The position numbers and the translations under genes were made by a program. Below, piece after piece: positions 12,301 through 25,409 of a stretch of DNA of 63,597 nucleotides; position 1 is the first letter of the stretch, and each line of letters starts with the position of its first letter. The stretch comes from Octopus bimaculoides (Eukaryota), in contig NC_068995.1 in the NCBI RefSeq assembly GCF_001194135.2, forward strand, positions 22,086,151-22,149,747, given 5' to 3'. The notes beneath the pieces are model-generated. The model worked only from the letters and a program-made list of their open reading frames with translations. It searched no databases and was not told the origin of the DNA.

Positions 12301-13291
12301 CAAACGTGACTAATGTCATCGTTGCAAGAGCTTAATTAACGTGCAACAAATGACAGCTGCTTATTGCAGTTAAATAAGGAAGATATCTCTTTCAAATCAC
12401 GACAGAATGTTTCATTATATAATATTGTTCCAGATACATTTCAAGTGTATATAATGTGTTTGTGTCTACCTGTGTCTTTATGTATCAGTGTTTACTATAA
12501 ATGGTCACAATATCACATATCAAGTCAATTAAAAACCATTTCCCATTGGTCGAATCTATATATACTTCCCATGAAACAATTTCAGTTCTCTATACATACG
12601 TTACTAACTGTATTTATCCTCCTACCTATCCCTCTGTCCATCTCTATATATAATGTATCTCAATATCTATCTATATTCTATGTATGTGTGTATTTATGTA
12701 TCTATGTATCTATCTATGTTTATCTCTCAAAGTGTGCATTTTAGTGTATTTGTAATGTTTTTATTCAAGTCGTGTCTGTGAGTCAATCCTCGCAGTTTTT
12801 GATTCTATCATATCGAATATGATACATAGCAACTATAAGAACTTGATTAGTTATATATGGTAGCCCTTGTCAGGCAAGGTAATTCTTGCAAGATGTCGAC
12901 GCTTGGTTTTGGGGGTGGGGTTTCTCTCTCCTGTAAATTCTTCCTATTTGCTACTTTCCGAGATTATGAACTACGTTTTAATAGCAACACCAACGTCCTT
13001 GTTTATCTGAAAAACTGGTTATGTAGAGTTGTATGTGTAAGCGTTTATTTTGAAGACATAGTAATCTAATGAAGTGAAGATTTTCAGGTTGATACATTCA
13101 CCGTCTGGAATAATTTCTTGATAATGTCATTATATCTGTAAATTTAACTGTTGCCTCTCGGAAATGAATAGATTATATTTCTCTGTATGACACACTGCTA
13201 ATAATAAAAATTAAACTTTCCATGTCCTAAATTGAATTTTCCTGCTTTAATGCAAAGAATTTGGCCTCGCACAAATCGAAAAGGTTAAATG

Positions 13292-13512
13292 TACGAGGGG
13301 TGCTGAAAAGTTCATGTCTTTATGTAAAAGAAAATACAAGGGGATTAGTTAATTATGGATTTATTCAGCATATACCCGTCTCAGATGCACACATCTATTA
13401 CCGTGGTACTTCAGTTTTTTCTAAGTCCTCTAAAAGAACGCAGGATATTGGACCGTTAACCAAGCCTTTCGTGATAGCCATAAAGCCAAGAGCGTTTCAG
13501 TACCCCTAAGTA
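13292..13512. mobile_element. Mariner-type MITE (about 220 bp)
   Basis: Left TAcgaggggtgctgaaaagttcatgtctttat; right arm reverse complement TActtaggggtactgaaacgctcttggctttat; TA at both ends. Confidence 0.7.
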
Positions 13513-13674
13513 AATAAGTGAAGTTAGACATCATACTGTTATAGAATATAGCAACAAAGAACCTGGAGTACTTATCAGCAGCTCATATCAGCAGCTCAAT
13601 CAGATTGGCCAAATGCTCACCCATGAATTTCAATAAAATTTAGTTATTATACAGTTATTATACTATGATGCGTG

Positions 13675-13676
13675 AT

Positions 13677-13749
<73 letters not shown>
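13675..13749. repeat. (TA)n(GA)n microsatellite
   Basis: Seen directly. Confidence 0.95.
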
Positions 13750-13751
<2 letters not shown>

Positions 13752-15329
13752 AGAAATATGCATAACATCTAACAAATATCGTTGGAAAAATTTACGGTGA
13801 ATAAGATCTTTAGAACAAGGTGAAGTTTTAGTTTCTAGAACTTAACAATGTACCTTCGCTGCAAGATCAAAATCTCCAGCTTGCTTGTTTTTATACGAGA
13901 GAAAGTAAGACAATTTCAGTTCTCCCCAGACATCAGTATATACCTGTACATACAAAATATTTTTGTTGCCCTTTTCAATGACCAATTTGTAGTGAGAATG
14001 TGTATATCACAAATAAATTCGCCCAAGATTTCAGAATTCAGTGTTTTTGCAAGTTGATCGTGTGTATATCTAATTTAATATACACACGCGTTCAAGAGTT
14101 TGAATTACTTTATTAACACTCTAGTAGTAATACGATACTCACATAGAGTTTTTGATCCATGTTTTGTTCAATTGTAAAGGAATCAAATTTCATAAGTTTA
14201 TACCAATATCTGAACTCTCTCTTAGCAACTTTTACTTTTAAATCTACCTCATGATTCCCATAGTAAACTTTCTCTATCATAGATGCTTATTAAATAAGCA
14301 TTTCGTTAAAAATGCGACAAAACAACTTCTAATACTCAAAATCAATATAGTATATTTTCAACATCTTAACTGAGACAAAAGAAGCAAGAATTAATTTGGA
14401 ATAGCCATATGTCTCCATGAATATAACATAATCTACAACAATAACTATGAAATTATAAATGTCATAAAACAATGTACATAAATATTTTACATTTATTTTA
14501 TGCTCTTAATTTTAATCCATTAACTTTAATATTCCATAGTATGACAATAAAAATGCTAGCAACTGTCATTAAGAGGTAAATTTCGATTAATAGAAAAAAA
14601 GTTTTGAATAAGTCATTCGGTAAATCCTCACCTCTCTAAATTAGTCAAGAATTTCTGATTTTGCAACCGATATTTGATAAAATTATCTGTAGAATGTTCT
14701 AGTTTATACATGTTTCATCAATGTGCAAAGAAGTCAGAGATGTATGAAGGATAAATATGTCCTCATTTGTCTAAAAGCTTCAAATTTTTTCAGTCCAATA
14801 TAATGGCTATTCTGATTTCAAGAAATTAATTTTCATTCTCTTGAAACCTTTTCAATGAGTGTTACTAACATCTGCCACACACTGGTCTTCATAAGCTTGT
14901 TACAACCCTTATTCAGCGTATCACTGCTCAAATGGGTTTAATATAGGGGACAGTAGGTATACTTTCTTGATCTCACGGCTATAGATTAAACGTACGTAGA
15001 CTCAAATATCTAACATTGTGCTCCTCATTGGAGGTGACAGCCTGAATATGTTCCAGTGAACTGGTTGACCACAGAAATGTGTTTTCTGGATGCAATTTAC
15101 TCGGAAGAAAATAGCATATCCTTACGTTACTACTATTCTGTAACTGTTAATGTCCAGGTGGTATACGTAAGGAAGATAAAAAAAAGAAACCAAATCGTTT
15201 TATGTTGGCTCAACTATAGCAACGCAATACAGTGGACGCATCTGTATCTACCAGGTTAAGTCAAAGTTGCTTTTAGTATTTCAACCTTTTTTTTTACTAG
15301 TGAAAACAAATTACATGTGAAAAAGCAAT

Positions 15330-15610
15330 TATTCATCAAGATGTATCCCGTCACATTCTGTTATCTGTCAGAAGCTCAATTCCACGCATATACCATTTCG
15401 TTGCTTTAGAGAAAAAATACACCCTGCACTCGTTTTGAACCTTTTCCGTCAGTCCGTATAGGAGATGAGCCATAGCTTGGAAAAGGTGGTATTCTGATGG
15501 TGCAAATTCTGTACAGTATGCAAAATGAGGTAGCACTTTCAGCCCCTCAAGTTCTTAAAGTTTGCACTTGGTCATATTGGCATTGAGTGCTGGGGCAATA
15601 TCAACTTGCT
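15330..15610 (-). mobile_element. Mariner transposase C-terminal remnant
   Basis: ORF 15351-15536 LPHFAYCTEFAPSEYHLFQAMAH...YMRGIELL matches the mariner LPHPPYSPDLAPSDYHLF motif. Confidence 0.8.
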
Positions 15611-15855
15611 GGAGTGTGCAACTTTAATTTGCCAATTTCAGATAGCAGGGATTTCAAAACATAATATTTTCGCTGCAGATGCTGAGCATAAAAGTTAGCG
15701 TTCACAGCATGAACTAGCTCGAAGTGCGACATCTGGAAATTCCACCAAACACACAAAATCAACTTCTATTCAAAATGCCTTTGTTTGACAACTCATTCTG
15801 AAACGTTGTTGGAAAAAAATACCCACAGACTTCTCTTATTAGGATTAGGAAAATA

Positions 15856-16448
15856 CAGTGTCCGCCATAAGTAACTATATATTTCTTTTGCTTCTTACTT
15901 TGTTGATACTTATTCAATTTTTCTATTTCATATGTCATTTGAAAGCTGAAATCTTATATTTTTATTTCCTTTTTTACCCCTATTTCAGATATACTGTTAT
16001 ATCAATTATGTCCACACGATTAACAAAAGAGCAAAAGATTGTGGTTTTGAAATGGTTCTGCACAAAGTTATCTGGCAGCTCGAATTTCTTCCTTAAGTTC
16101 AGCAATGTTGCGGGACTTTGTTGAATAAGTCGGGTGGGGTCAAATCCGGCGAACGAGACGGCCACTCAAGCGGTCATCGCCTGCCAATCCATCGACAGGG
16201 CGGTTTGGTGTCCAGACCTCTCGCACAAGCGTAGAATAATGGGCCGGTACCCCATCCTGCTGAAAGTACAGACCCTCTGATCCATCCTGCTGTTGTAATA
16301 ACAGCAAAAGCAGCTTCTATAGCATAGTCAGATAACTTTGTGCAGAACCATTTTTGCTCTTGAAATGACATATGAAATAGAAAAATTGAATAAGTATCAA
16401 CTATGTTACAAGCAAAAGAAAATATATAGTTATTTATGGCGGACTTTG
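15856..16448 (-). mobile_element. Internally deleted IS630-Tc1-mariner element (maT/Tc1-like) with about 85-bp TIRs and TA TSD
   Basis: TA|cagtgtccgccataagtaact ... agttatttatggcggactttg|TA; minus strand encodes YFQQDGVPAHY, RWIGRR.PLEWPSRSPDLTPPD and SRNIAELKEEIRAA. Confidence 0.85.
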
Positions 16449-16454
16449 TACATA

Positions 16455-16900
16455 TATTCTTAATCCCCAGTTCCAATCTGACGATAAAAATGAGTAATTT
16501 CTAACATTTACCACCTGTTATTCGCAAATTTTCACACGTAGTTCAGTCTGATCACTGGTCTGTTTAGGAGGAGCTTGTCCACAGCGTCTATTCACAAGGC
16601 TGAGCTTATGAAAGTGTCGATTGATATTGCCTTGTGAAGGACCAAGTTTTGCCGACGACTTAAGAATGCTTGTGATTGGCTATTGTTTGAACATTTCAAG
16701 AAAGACTTCACGTTCCACAGAAGAAAGTCTTCCTGATTTTGATTTGTATTCAAAGATAGTGTCACCTTGTTTGAAACGTCCAAGCCAATTTTGTTCCACA
16801 CGGTCGTTGACAATTGATAGTTTCTTCATATCATTATTTCCTTTGACGCTGATTTTTCACTACTACTTATCAAAGCTGTAAACTCTTGAATAAACAAATA
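16455..16900 (-). mobile_element. Possible PLE N-terminal-domain remnant, interrupted by the Tc1-like element
   Basis: KSFLKC... and QVVNVRNY...WGL resemble the PLE F-L-x-x-C and VVNLS...GL motifs; weak. Confidence 0.35.
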
Positions 16901-18330
16901 ATATTTTATATATCATAAATGATAATATATGTAAATAAAGAATAAACATTTCAGCAACGACTGGAGAACAATTTGTATCAAATTAATGATATAACAGAGA
17001 TACAAGTTGCCTAAAATCATCAGAGGAAATCCTAAGAGTCATGTGACTAAACCCAATATACTCTCTTGAAAATATAATACTCTCTATTCGGTGGTAAAGT
17101 TAACTGCGTTTAGATGCCCACATTAAATATGGTGTACGATCGCTCAACCATGACCGAGAATTCAACATTTTCGAAAATAAATAAATATATATAATACTTT
17201 GCAAGATTTTATAGAACCCGTTCCGTTGGTCTTCTGTAGACAATTTGGAAATTTATCACCATTTCTCTTATGTGTTTGCCGCAGGAATTATAAAGAAAAT
17301 TTTACATCTTTGAACCTAGAATTCAGTCGTAAATTATGTTCTTCGAAATCAAATATGGATTGTTACCGAACGTAAATAGAGTGAGAGATAAATTATTAAA
17401 TTATTAGAGCATCGAAATTCATCTGACGATTGTTGAGGTTCCTTTCACAACTGCAAACCATTCGCTCACAATCATTTTAGAAGTGAAATAGCCATTTCGC
17501 ATGTAAATATTGTGATACAGGTAGACAATAAATACATTTTCCTAACATCAAAGGGATATATTTTCATTCATTTATATTTTCTGGAGGAGAGTTTTATTCA
17601 CTTATTTTGTGAATCATGGTTTATCAGCGGGGTGTAAGCTGAATGATAAAACTGAACATAATCTGTAAAACATGTTTCGTAAAAATTATCTTGGCTGTCT
17701 GTAAAAATTTTGCGAATTCATAACTTTCTCGAGTACAACTGCGATGTTGGTATCAATAATTTCTTCAGTTCCAATTTATTTGAGAGTAATTACTGAAATC
17801 ATTGGAAAAAAAACAATCTCAACTACATTTCAGTAAGATCTCAAGTTCGAAATATTTAGTACTGAGTTGTGTACAAGCAAATTACGTGCATGTATTTCCA
17901 ATCATGTGATGTATTTAATAGTTATACTGTTAGAGTCACTATGTCTCTATTAAGGTGCTGAGATAAATATTGATATACACAATTCATTACTTATCGTGTG
18001 TTTCAGTTATCGATAAGCATATACTAAATACAGAATTTACATTGCATATATCTTAATAAATGTGTAAACAAAGTTAAAAATGATATGTTGAACATATACA
18101 TATACTTATCAACATAGATTCTGTAGTAAAGATACAGGACCAGAGCTGAATAATAAAGGTAGAATGTTTTCGATTCCTGCACAAACAAAACACACTGAGT
18201 TGTTCCGATGAAACTAATAAATGTTACTTTCATATATTATTTGTTTCTTTCATTATATGAGTATGTGTTTGTAGGGACATATATGCCTTTCTTCTTATTG
18301 TTTGTTTCTCCATCCCTCTCTCTCTTTGTC

Positions 18331-18400
<70 letters not shown>

Positions 18401-19224
18401 TATGCACGTGTGTATGTGTGTGTAAGGGTATTTGTGTATATAAAAATGTGCCTGCATATACGCATTTAAGAAGATTGAACGATTAAAATTCACAGTCTAA
18501 ATGCATATTCATATACAAAGAAATATAAAATACAATGCATCTCCATCATATATTGCTGATGTTCTTGTCAAATGCAGCCTTTCCTCATGACATGAAGACA
18601 GTGGTAATCAACCTATCCAGTTAAATAACCCATGCCATCTTTATAAAATTCAATAACACAAACCTCGCATAATCATTATATATTGAAATATACTTGCGAA
18701 CATTGTGAATGATACGCTTTGATGTAAGCTGCAGAAGAAAATTATGCTACTATATAATAATTCTCAGGAAAATATAGCACTATAGGATTTTTACTTGAAT
18801 ATCATGTGATTTTGACAGGGAGCATTTGACGAAGCATACAATATTTAAAGTTACGTCTTAAGAATTGTCAGAATTCGTGGAGATCGCATTACGTGACAAT
18901 GAAAAAGGTTACGTAATGTTTGAATTCCTTGATGTCTGCACGATTGCTTAATTACAGCCATTATAGTCAGAAAACGGAAACCATAGGACATCAAGTTTCT
19001 GGTTTAGTTCCGATGCCAGTTGAATTAGTCAGACGTGAATTGAGTGGTAGAAACGTCTATTTGGAGTTAACGCTAACTTTAATAGAGTTATTCTATTTAA
19101 ACAGAATCCGTTGTAGTAATCTATGCAAAACTATGTTTCTGAAATTCTTCAGCAATTGTTTGTTACAATATATTTAAGAGGAAGTGTCATCTTGAAACAG
19201 AAGTTATATTTATAATAAGTACAA

Positions 19225-19316
<92 letters not shown>

Positions 19317-19317
19317 G

Positions 19318-19368
<51 letters not shown>

Positions 19369-19442
19369 AACCACAGTTGATGATAATGATGATAACGATA
19401 ATAATGAGGAGGAGGTATAGGATGACGATGATACTACTACTG

Positions 19443-19497
<55 letters not shown>

Positions 19498-19500
19498 TAA
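19225..19500. repeat. Compound trinucleotide microsatellite (TAC/TGC/GAT/TAA)
   Basis: Seen directly. Confidence 0.95.
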
Positions 19501-19553
19501 TCTCCCTTTACCTATGAAATACACGTGCATATATTTGTATAATCGTGCATATG

Positions 19554-19584
<31 letters not shown>

Positions 19585-19799
19585 ATATATATATAAAGGT
19601 TATGAAGGGTAATGGAGTCAACCAGACCTTAATGCTACAGGTAATACCGAGTAAATGGTGTATACCGACCAGTTTTGCCCCAGATTCGGTTGCAACATGA
19701 ATGGGGAATATAACATGGGGCATGTATTAGCGTGTGTATATATAAAAGGAATGAGATAAAGAGACTAATGGCATAAGTAAATTTATATTTTATGTAGAA

Positions 19800-19850
19800 T
19801 GTCTTACAGCTGTCTCAGGGAATATTCAATATATCCCTTGATCGGAGACA
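19800..19850 (-). ncRNA. Degenerate hammerhead copy in the left inverted arm
   Basis: tgtct-CCGATCA-aggga...tccct-GAGAC-agct-GTA-agaca; two more core substitutions than the right-arm copy. Confidence 0.5.
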
Positions 19851-20150
19851 GTAATAGTAGAAGATAAGGGTTATTATAATCCCTGTGCGTATTTTCCAGT
19901 GATAATTATAGTTGCATTGGTGGATATATATCATTTCGTATCCAGTTTACTTTCTGCGTTGTTTACTTAAAGGACAGCCCGAAGTGAGTGGAAAATACCT
20001 ACACGAATTCTATACATGGATATTTACTGTTCGAATGGAACTATACTCCAAATACTTTTTATTCTTTGTTTTTTTCTTCTCCGCATCACTCTCATTTCTT
20101 ACTGCAAATCTCCTCATACAGATATAATAATCCTTATCTTCTACTATTAC

Positions 20151-20201
20151 TGTCTCCGATGAAGGGATACATTGAATTTTCCCTGAAACAGCTGTAAGAC
20201 A
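20151..20201 (+). ncRNA. Minimal type I hammerhead ribozyme (U4C variant)
   Basis: Stem I tgtct/agaca; core CCGATGA 20156-20162; stem II aggga/tccct; GAAAC 20185-20189; palindromic stem III ACAGCTGT; GUA, cleavage predicted after 20196. Confidence 0.7.
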
Positions 20202-20254
20202 TTCTACATAAAATATAAATTTACTTATGCCATGTGTCTCTTTATCTCATTCCT

Positions 20255-20298
<44 letters not shown>

Positions 20299-20299
20299 T

Positions 20300-20990
20300 T
20301 GAGGCAGGGTAATACTTGCAGCCCGGATTTTATGTTTTGTGATTAATTTTAATTTTGCACGTACTAGGCGGTTCAACATTCAGCCCCACGAAGGACACCA
20401 ACACACTGCACATCTCGTCTGGCACGCAACCTAACAAGGATGTAATCCAGAATATTCCATTCTTTAGATGCAGGGTGCATCCATGTGGTCTTAAACTTAT
20501 TCTTTTGTTGAAACATGGTATTGGTAACACACACACGCAGCTCCTCTCCCATCTGCAGCAGAAGTATACCATTACTATTACACTTTCCCACCCGATGCTT
20601 TCCAATTACTGTCCATGTGCTAAAATCCCTACCCACTCTAGCATTAAAGTCACCCAGTACGATGACTTTGTCTGCCCGAGGGATATTTCTTATAATACCC
20701 TTCAAAGCATGGCAGAAAGAAACATTTTGTCATCAGTAGAACACATAGTTGGAGCATACACACGCACAAAGGTCATAATTTCTTTTAACCAAAGGAATTC
20801 CCATGGACATGAGGAAATCGTTAATCCCAACTGGGAATTCTTGCAACTTGTCTACAAGAGTAGTCTAAAGAGCAAATGCCACTCCAGTCTCTCCTCTAAA
20901 CTATTTATCTCTCACTTTCCAAAAGAATGTATGTTTTCCACAGGATTCTGTAAAATGACCATCTCCACTTAATCTGAAAATCTGAAACTG
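20300..20990 (-). mobile_element. RTE-type LINE apurinic-endonuclease domain remnant
   Basis: ORF 20373-20705: DKVIVLGDFNARVG, GKCNSNGILLL, TNTMFQQKNKFKTTWMHP, LDYILV; upstream YAPT and TGVAFAL. Confidence 0.9.
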
Positions 20991-22004
20991 AAAATCAAAA
21001 GTGTGGTGCTATAAAAGATGACTAAAAGTATTTTCGTTTCGAGCGGTTAAATATATAAATTAAAATAGAAAATGTAAAAGCAAACAGTTTGGCATCATTC
21101 AAAAACGTTTAATTAAGGAGAGAAGATAAACATCGTGCAGAGTAGTTATGATAAAAAGATAGAGCTTTTTACAACTGTTTGTACAATAGCAAATGATGTG
21201 GATCAAGATATGGTGTCAGGATACCATAAGCCAAGTATACCGTCATCGGAAAGAGAGAAGTCAGAAAATATAGAAATGAAAAATCGAGGATATTAGCATT
21301 TTCCAGTTTGTGAAGAGATGAACGAAGGATCAGAAATAATGTATATGCGTTTGATAGTTACGTCATGTGAGAAGTAATGCTATTGTTAAAGTCCATTCGC
21401 ATAAATATAGATATGAGTATGAGTGTATCTACGCTGAGAAGGATCTGTAAATTTATCGATGACCTAAGAGTATTTGCTTCATACAAGTATTTGCTATGAA
21501 TTATACGCTAATATTTTAGCCATCATTTCGTTCGTAACTTAAATAGATTTATTACAGAACGTCCATCTGCTGTCCCAGATTTTTAATATCAATATCGTAT
21601 AGTTTACCATTATTAGAACTCAAGACTTCAAAAAAGAATTTCGTCTCAATGACCACATTGAAGATTGGGTGACAGTATTAAAAAGGTCAGTTTAAATATT
21701 ATGCTGAGCAATGCAGTTTTTTAATCAACATTTCCTGTAGCGACTCTGTACCATGCTCTTCAAATGGAAGACACATACAAAAAAGTTGCTTCTAGATATC
21801 GCATACATCTTCGATAATCTATATCGTTTCAGCATAAAAAAGAAAGACTTAATGGTTATAAGAAACCTGTAGATATACGAAAATAAATATTTGTATGTGT
21901 GATCGTGTGCATGTATGTATGCATGTGTATATATACACACACAAATATGCACACACAAATATAAAACATTGGTATAAACGTGTGTAAATACACACACACA
22001 TACA

Positions 22005-22031
22005 CGTGCACACACACAGACACACACACAC

Positions 22032-22109
<78 letters not shown>

Positions 22110-22110
22110 T
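22005..22110. repeat. (CA)n(TA)n(GA)n compound microsatellite
   Basis: Seen directly. Confidence 0.95.
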
Positions 22111-22417
22111 GAGAGAGAGAAATAAGCATATATATGTTTACACATACACATTTACAGGTATACACACAAACGCACACACGGTCACGCATATATATATAGC
22201 ATCGCTTTTAATACTGTTATTTTTGCACGTTGATGTACTATGTGTCTCTGTGCATAAGTAGATACGTATATATGGATATATGTGTTACACTATCTGTATA
22301 TGTGTATGCGTATGCATTTTATAGGGGTTTATCTAAATACTCATTTATACATAATTTTAGACAGGTTATTTCTGAGTAGCATATCTTACTTTTATTTTAG
22401 AATATGAATAAATATAT

Positions 22418-22450
<33 letters not shown>

Positions 22451-23418
22451 NNNNNNNNNNNNNNNNNNNNNNNNNNNNNNNNNNNNNNNNNNNNNNNNNN
22501 NNNNNNNNNNNNNNNNNNNNNNNNNNNNNNNNNNNNNNNNNNNNNNNNNNNNNNNNNNNNNNNNNNNNNNNNNNNNNNNNNNNNNNNNNNNNNNNNNNNN
22601 NNNNNNNNNNNNNNNNNNNNNNNNNNNNNNNNNNNNNNNNNNNNNNNNNNNNNNNNNNNNNNNNNNNNNNNNNNNNNNNNNNNNNNNNNNNNNNNNNNNN
22701 NNNNNNNNNNNNNNNNNNNNNNNNNNNNNNNNNNNNNNNNNNNNNNNNNNNNNNNNNNNNNNNNNNNNNNNNNNNNNNNNNNNNNNNNNNNNNNNNNNNN
22801 NNNNNNNNNNNNNNNNNNNNNNNNNNNNNNNNNNNNNNNNNNNNNNNNNNNNNNNNNNNNNNNNNNNNNNNNNNNNNNNNNNNNNNNNNNNNNNNNNNNN
22901 NNNNNNNNNNNNNNNNNNNNNNNNNNNNNNNNNNNNNNNNNNNNNNNNNNNNNNNNNNNNNNNNNNNNNNNNNNNNNNNNNNNNNNNNNNNNNNNNNNNN
23001 NNNNNNNNNNNNNNNNNNNNNNNNNNNNNNNNNNNNNNNNNNNNNNNNNNNNNNNNNNNNNNNNNNNNNNNNNNNNNNNNNNNNNNNNNNNNNNNNNNNN
23101 NNNNNNNNNNNNNNNNNNNNNNNNNNNNNNNNNNNNNNNNNNNNNNNNNNNNNNNNNNNNNNNNNNNNNNNNNNNNNNNNNNNNNNNNNNNNNNNNNNNN
23201 NNNNNNNNNNNNNNNNNNNNNNNNNNNNNNNNNNNNNNNNNNNNNNNNNNNNNNNNNNNNNNNNNNNNNNNNNNNNNNNNNNNNNNNNNNNNNNNNNNNN
23301 NNNNNNNNNNNNNNNNNNNNNNNNNNNNNNNNNNNNNNNNNNNNNNNNNNNNNNNNNNNNNNNNNNNNNNNNNNNNNNNNNNNNNNNNNNNNNNNNNNNN
23401 NNNNNNNNNNNNNNNNNN

Positions 23419-23480
<62 letters not shown>

Positions 23481-23937
23481 GAGAGCACGTAGATTATAGT
23501 TATAATTATAGTAAGAAATCTTGAATCATAGGAAATATATATGCATATATATAAGTAAAATAGCGTTGTAGTGCCAAAGAGAAAGAACGTTAGGAAAAGT
23601 AGAATGGTGAAATGTGTGTATATATATGTTGCGAACTGAGACGGAAACGGAAACTGCGACGGACAAACAATGACCAGTTATATATGAATTTTTATATCGA
23701 CTTGAATACGTCTGATTCTCATGTTCCTATGTTCGTCAGTAAAGAACACCTTGAATGTACCAAACTAGCAATTAACGTAATTTCGAATACCTAGTAATTT
23801 CAAAGTCGAAGCTGTGACAAATTTCGCAAAATCAGAAAGAGCCCGAAAGTAAATTTAACAGATTTCTAAGATCATTTAAAGGCTGAAATAATTTTCCCAT
23901 GTTGTAATATATGTAGATAAACTGATAGTCATTTATG

Positions 23938-23972
<35 letters not shown>

Positions 23973-24454
23973 NNNNNNNNNNNNNNNNNNNNNNNNNNNN
24001 NNNNNNNNNNNNNNNNNNNNNNNNNNNNNNNNNNNNNNNNNNNNNNNNNNNNNNNNNNNNNNNNNNNNNNNNNNNNNNNNNNNNNNNNNNNNNNNNNNNN
24101 NNNNNNNNNNNNNNNNNNNNNNNNNNNNNNNNNNNNNNNNNNNNNNNNNNNNNNNNNNNNNNNNNNNNNNNNNNNNNNNNNNNNNNNNNNNNNNNNNNNN
24201 NNNNNNNNNNNNNNNNNNNNNNNNNNNNNNNNNNNNNNNNNNNNNNNNNNNNNNNNNNNNNNNNNNNNNNNNNNNNNNNNNNNNNNNNNNNNNNNNNNNN
24301 NNNNNNNNNNNNNNNNNNNNNNNNNNNNNNNNNNNNNNNNNNNNNNNNNNNNNNNNNNNNNNNNNNNNNNNNNNNNNNNNNNNNNNNNNNNNNNNNNNNN
24401 NNNNNNNNNNNNNNNNNNNNNNNNNNNNNNNNNNNNNNNNNNNNNNNNNNNNNN

Positions 24455-25340
24455 CCCACACTGTTCAAAAACTTAATAAAATTTATCAGTAAAAGAATTT
24501 CGATCTTATCTTTAAATAAAGATATTTTCGACGAAGCGGCTCCCGCTTACAATGAGGCGCTAGGGGCCAGCGGATTCAAGGAGAATATAGTATATCTACC
24601 AAGATTGAGTAACCATAAAAGGAAACGCCACCGCAAGGCCTTATGGTTCGCCCCGCTTCTCCTTATACGTCCGGACATGCGGAGGTCAGTATTTTTGTTG
24701 GGTGATAATCATTTCATGCGATCACACAAAGAAAGAAAGATCTTTAACAGACATAATTTAAGAATCTCTTTCAGTTGTGCACCCACTGTTAAGAAAAAAA
24801 TTACTTAACACTGATAAACCACGGAGAGACGCAGGTTGTTCATGCAGGATTAGAAATGAATTCGTAGTGGACGGCCGATGTAACACATAGGCTGCAGTGT
24901 ACCAAGCAGATGTAGCCTCAAATAGTAGCAGCAACAATATCAGTAATATCAATGCCAACACAGGGACACACACTAAAATTTAGGTCGGATCTTGTGAATT
25001 TAAATTTAAAATTCAACCGAACAACCACAGATCTTCTTTCAGGGTCCCGGAGACACGCAACACAACAAGACTCACAGCATACGTATGGCGCCTGAAGGAC
25101 GATCAGGTAGAAATTATTGGAAACTTGTGGACTCTATTCGCAATTGAACAGGACTGCGTAAATTGTGTGTGGCAGAAATATATATTATCCACATGGACTC
25201 ACATGAGCAAGGAGGCTACCTGAACAACAGAACTGACGCCGTGGGAAGTTGTCCACATTTTCGAAAATTTTTACTTCAAAATTAGAAAACCTAGCTTTCA
25301 GGCGAAGGAAGACAACTCGCCCAACCATAAATTTTTAAGA
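24455..25340 (+). mobile_element. PLE 3' fragment (thumb, linker, GIY-YIG endonuclease)
   Basis: ISKRISILSLNKDIFDEAAPAYNEALGASGF, RKALWFAP, KIFNRHNLRISFSCAP, GCSCR, VYQADV, YVWRLKD. Confidence 0.85.
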
Positions 25341-25409
25341 GGAATATTTCTTGAAGTATCACCGCCGTTCTTGTGTTTAAAAAAGCATTTTTTGCAGAGA
25401 ACGGTTAAT

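Larger units (their letters stand above)
19746..20255. mobile_element. About 510-bp non-coding element with about 133-bp inverted arms, each carrying a hammerhead motif
   Basis: 19746-19878 is the reverse complement of 20123-20255 with a handful of mismatches; TA/TG-rich flanks. Confidence 0.8.

Noticed and set aside
16900-18000. Further cadherin-like echoes on the minus strand
   Set aside because: Short, stop-rich and compatible with chance in AT-rich DNA.
22397-24492. Long ORFs of 180-426 aa here and at 6936-7458, 31291-32741, 37491-37907, 45017-45899 and 53981-54611
   Set aside because: They are open only because they span N gaps and dinucleotide repeats.
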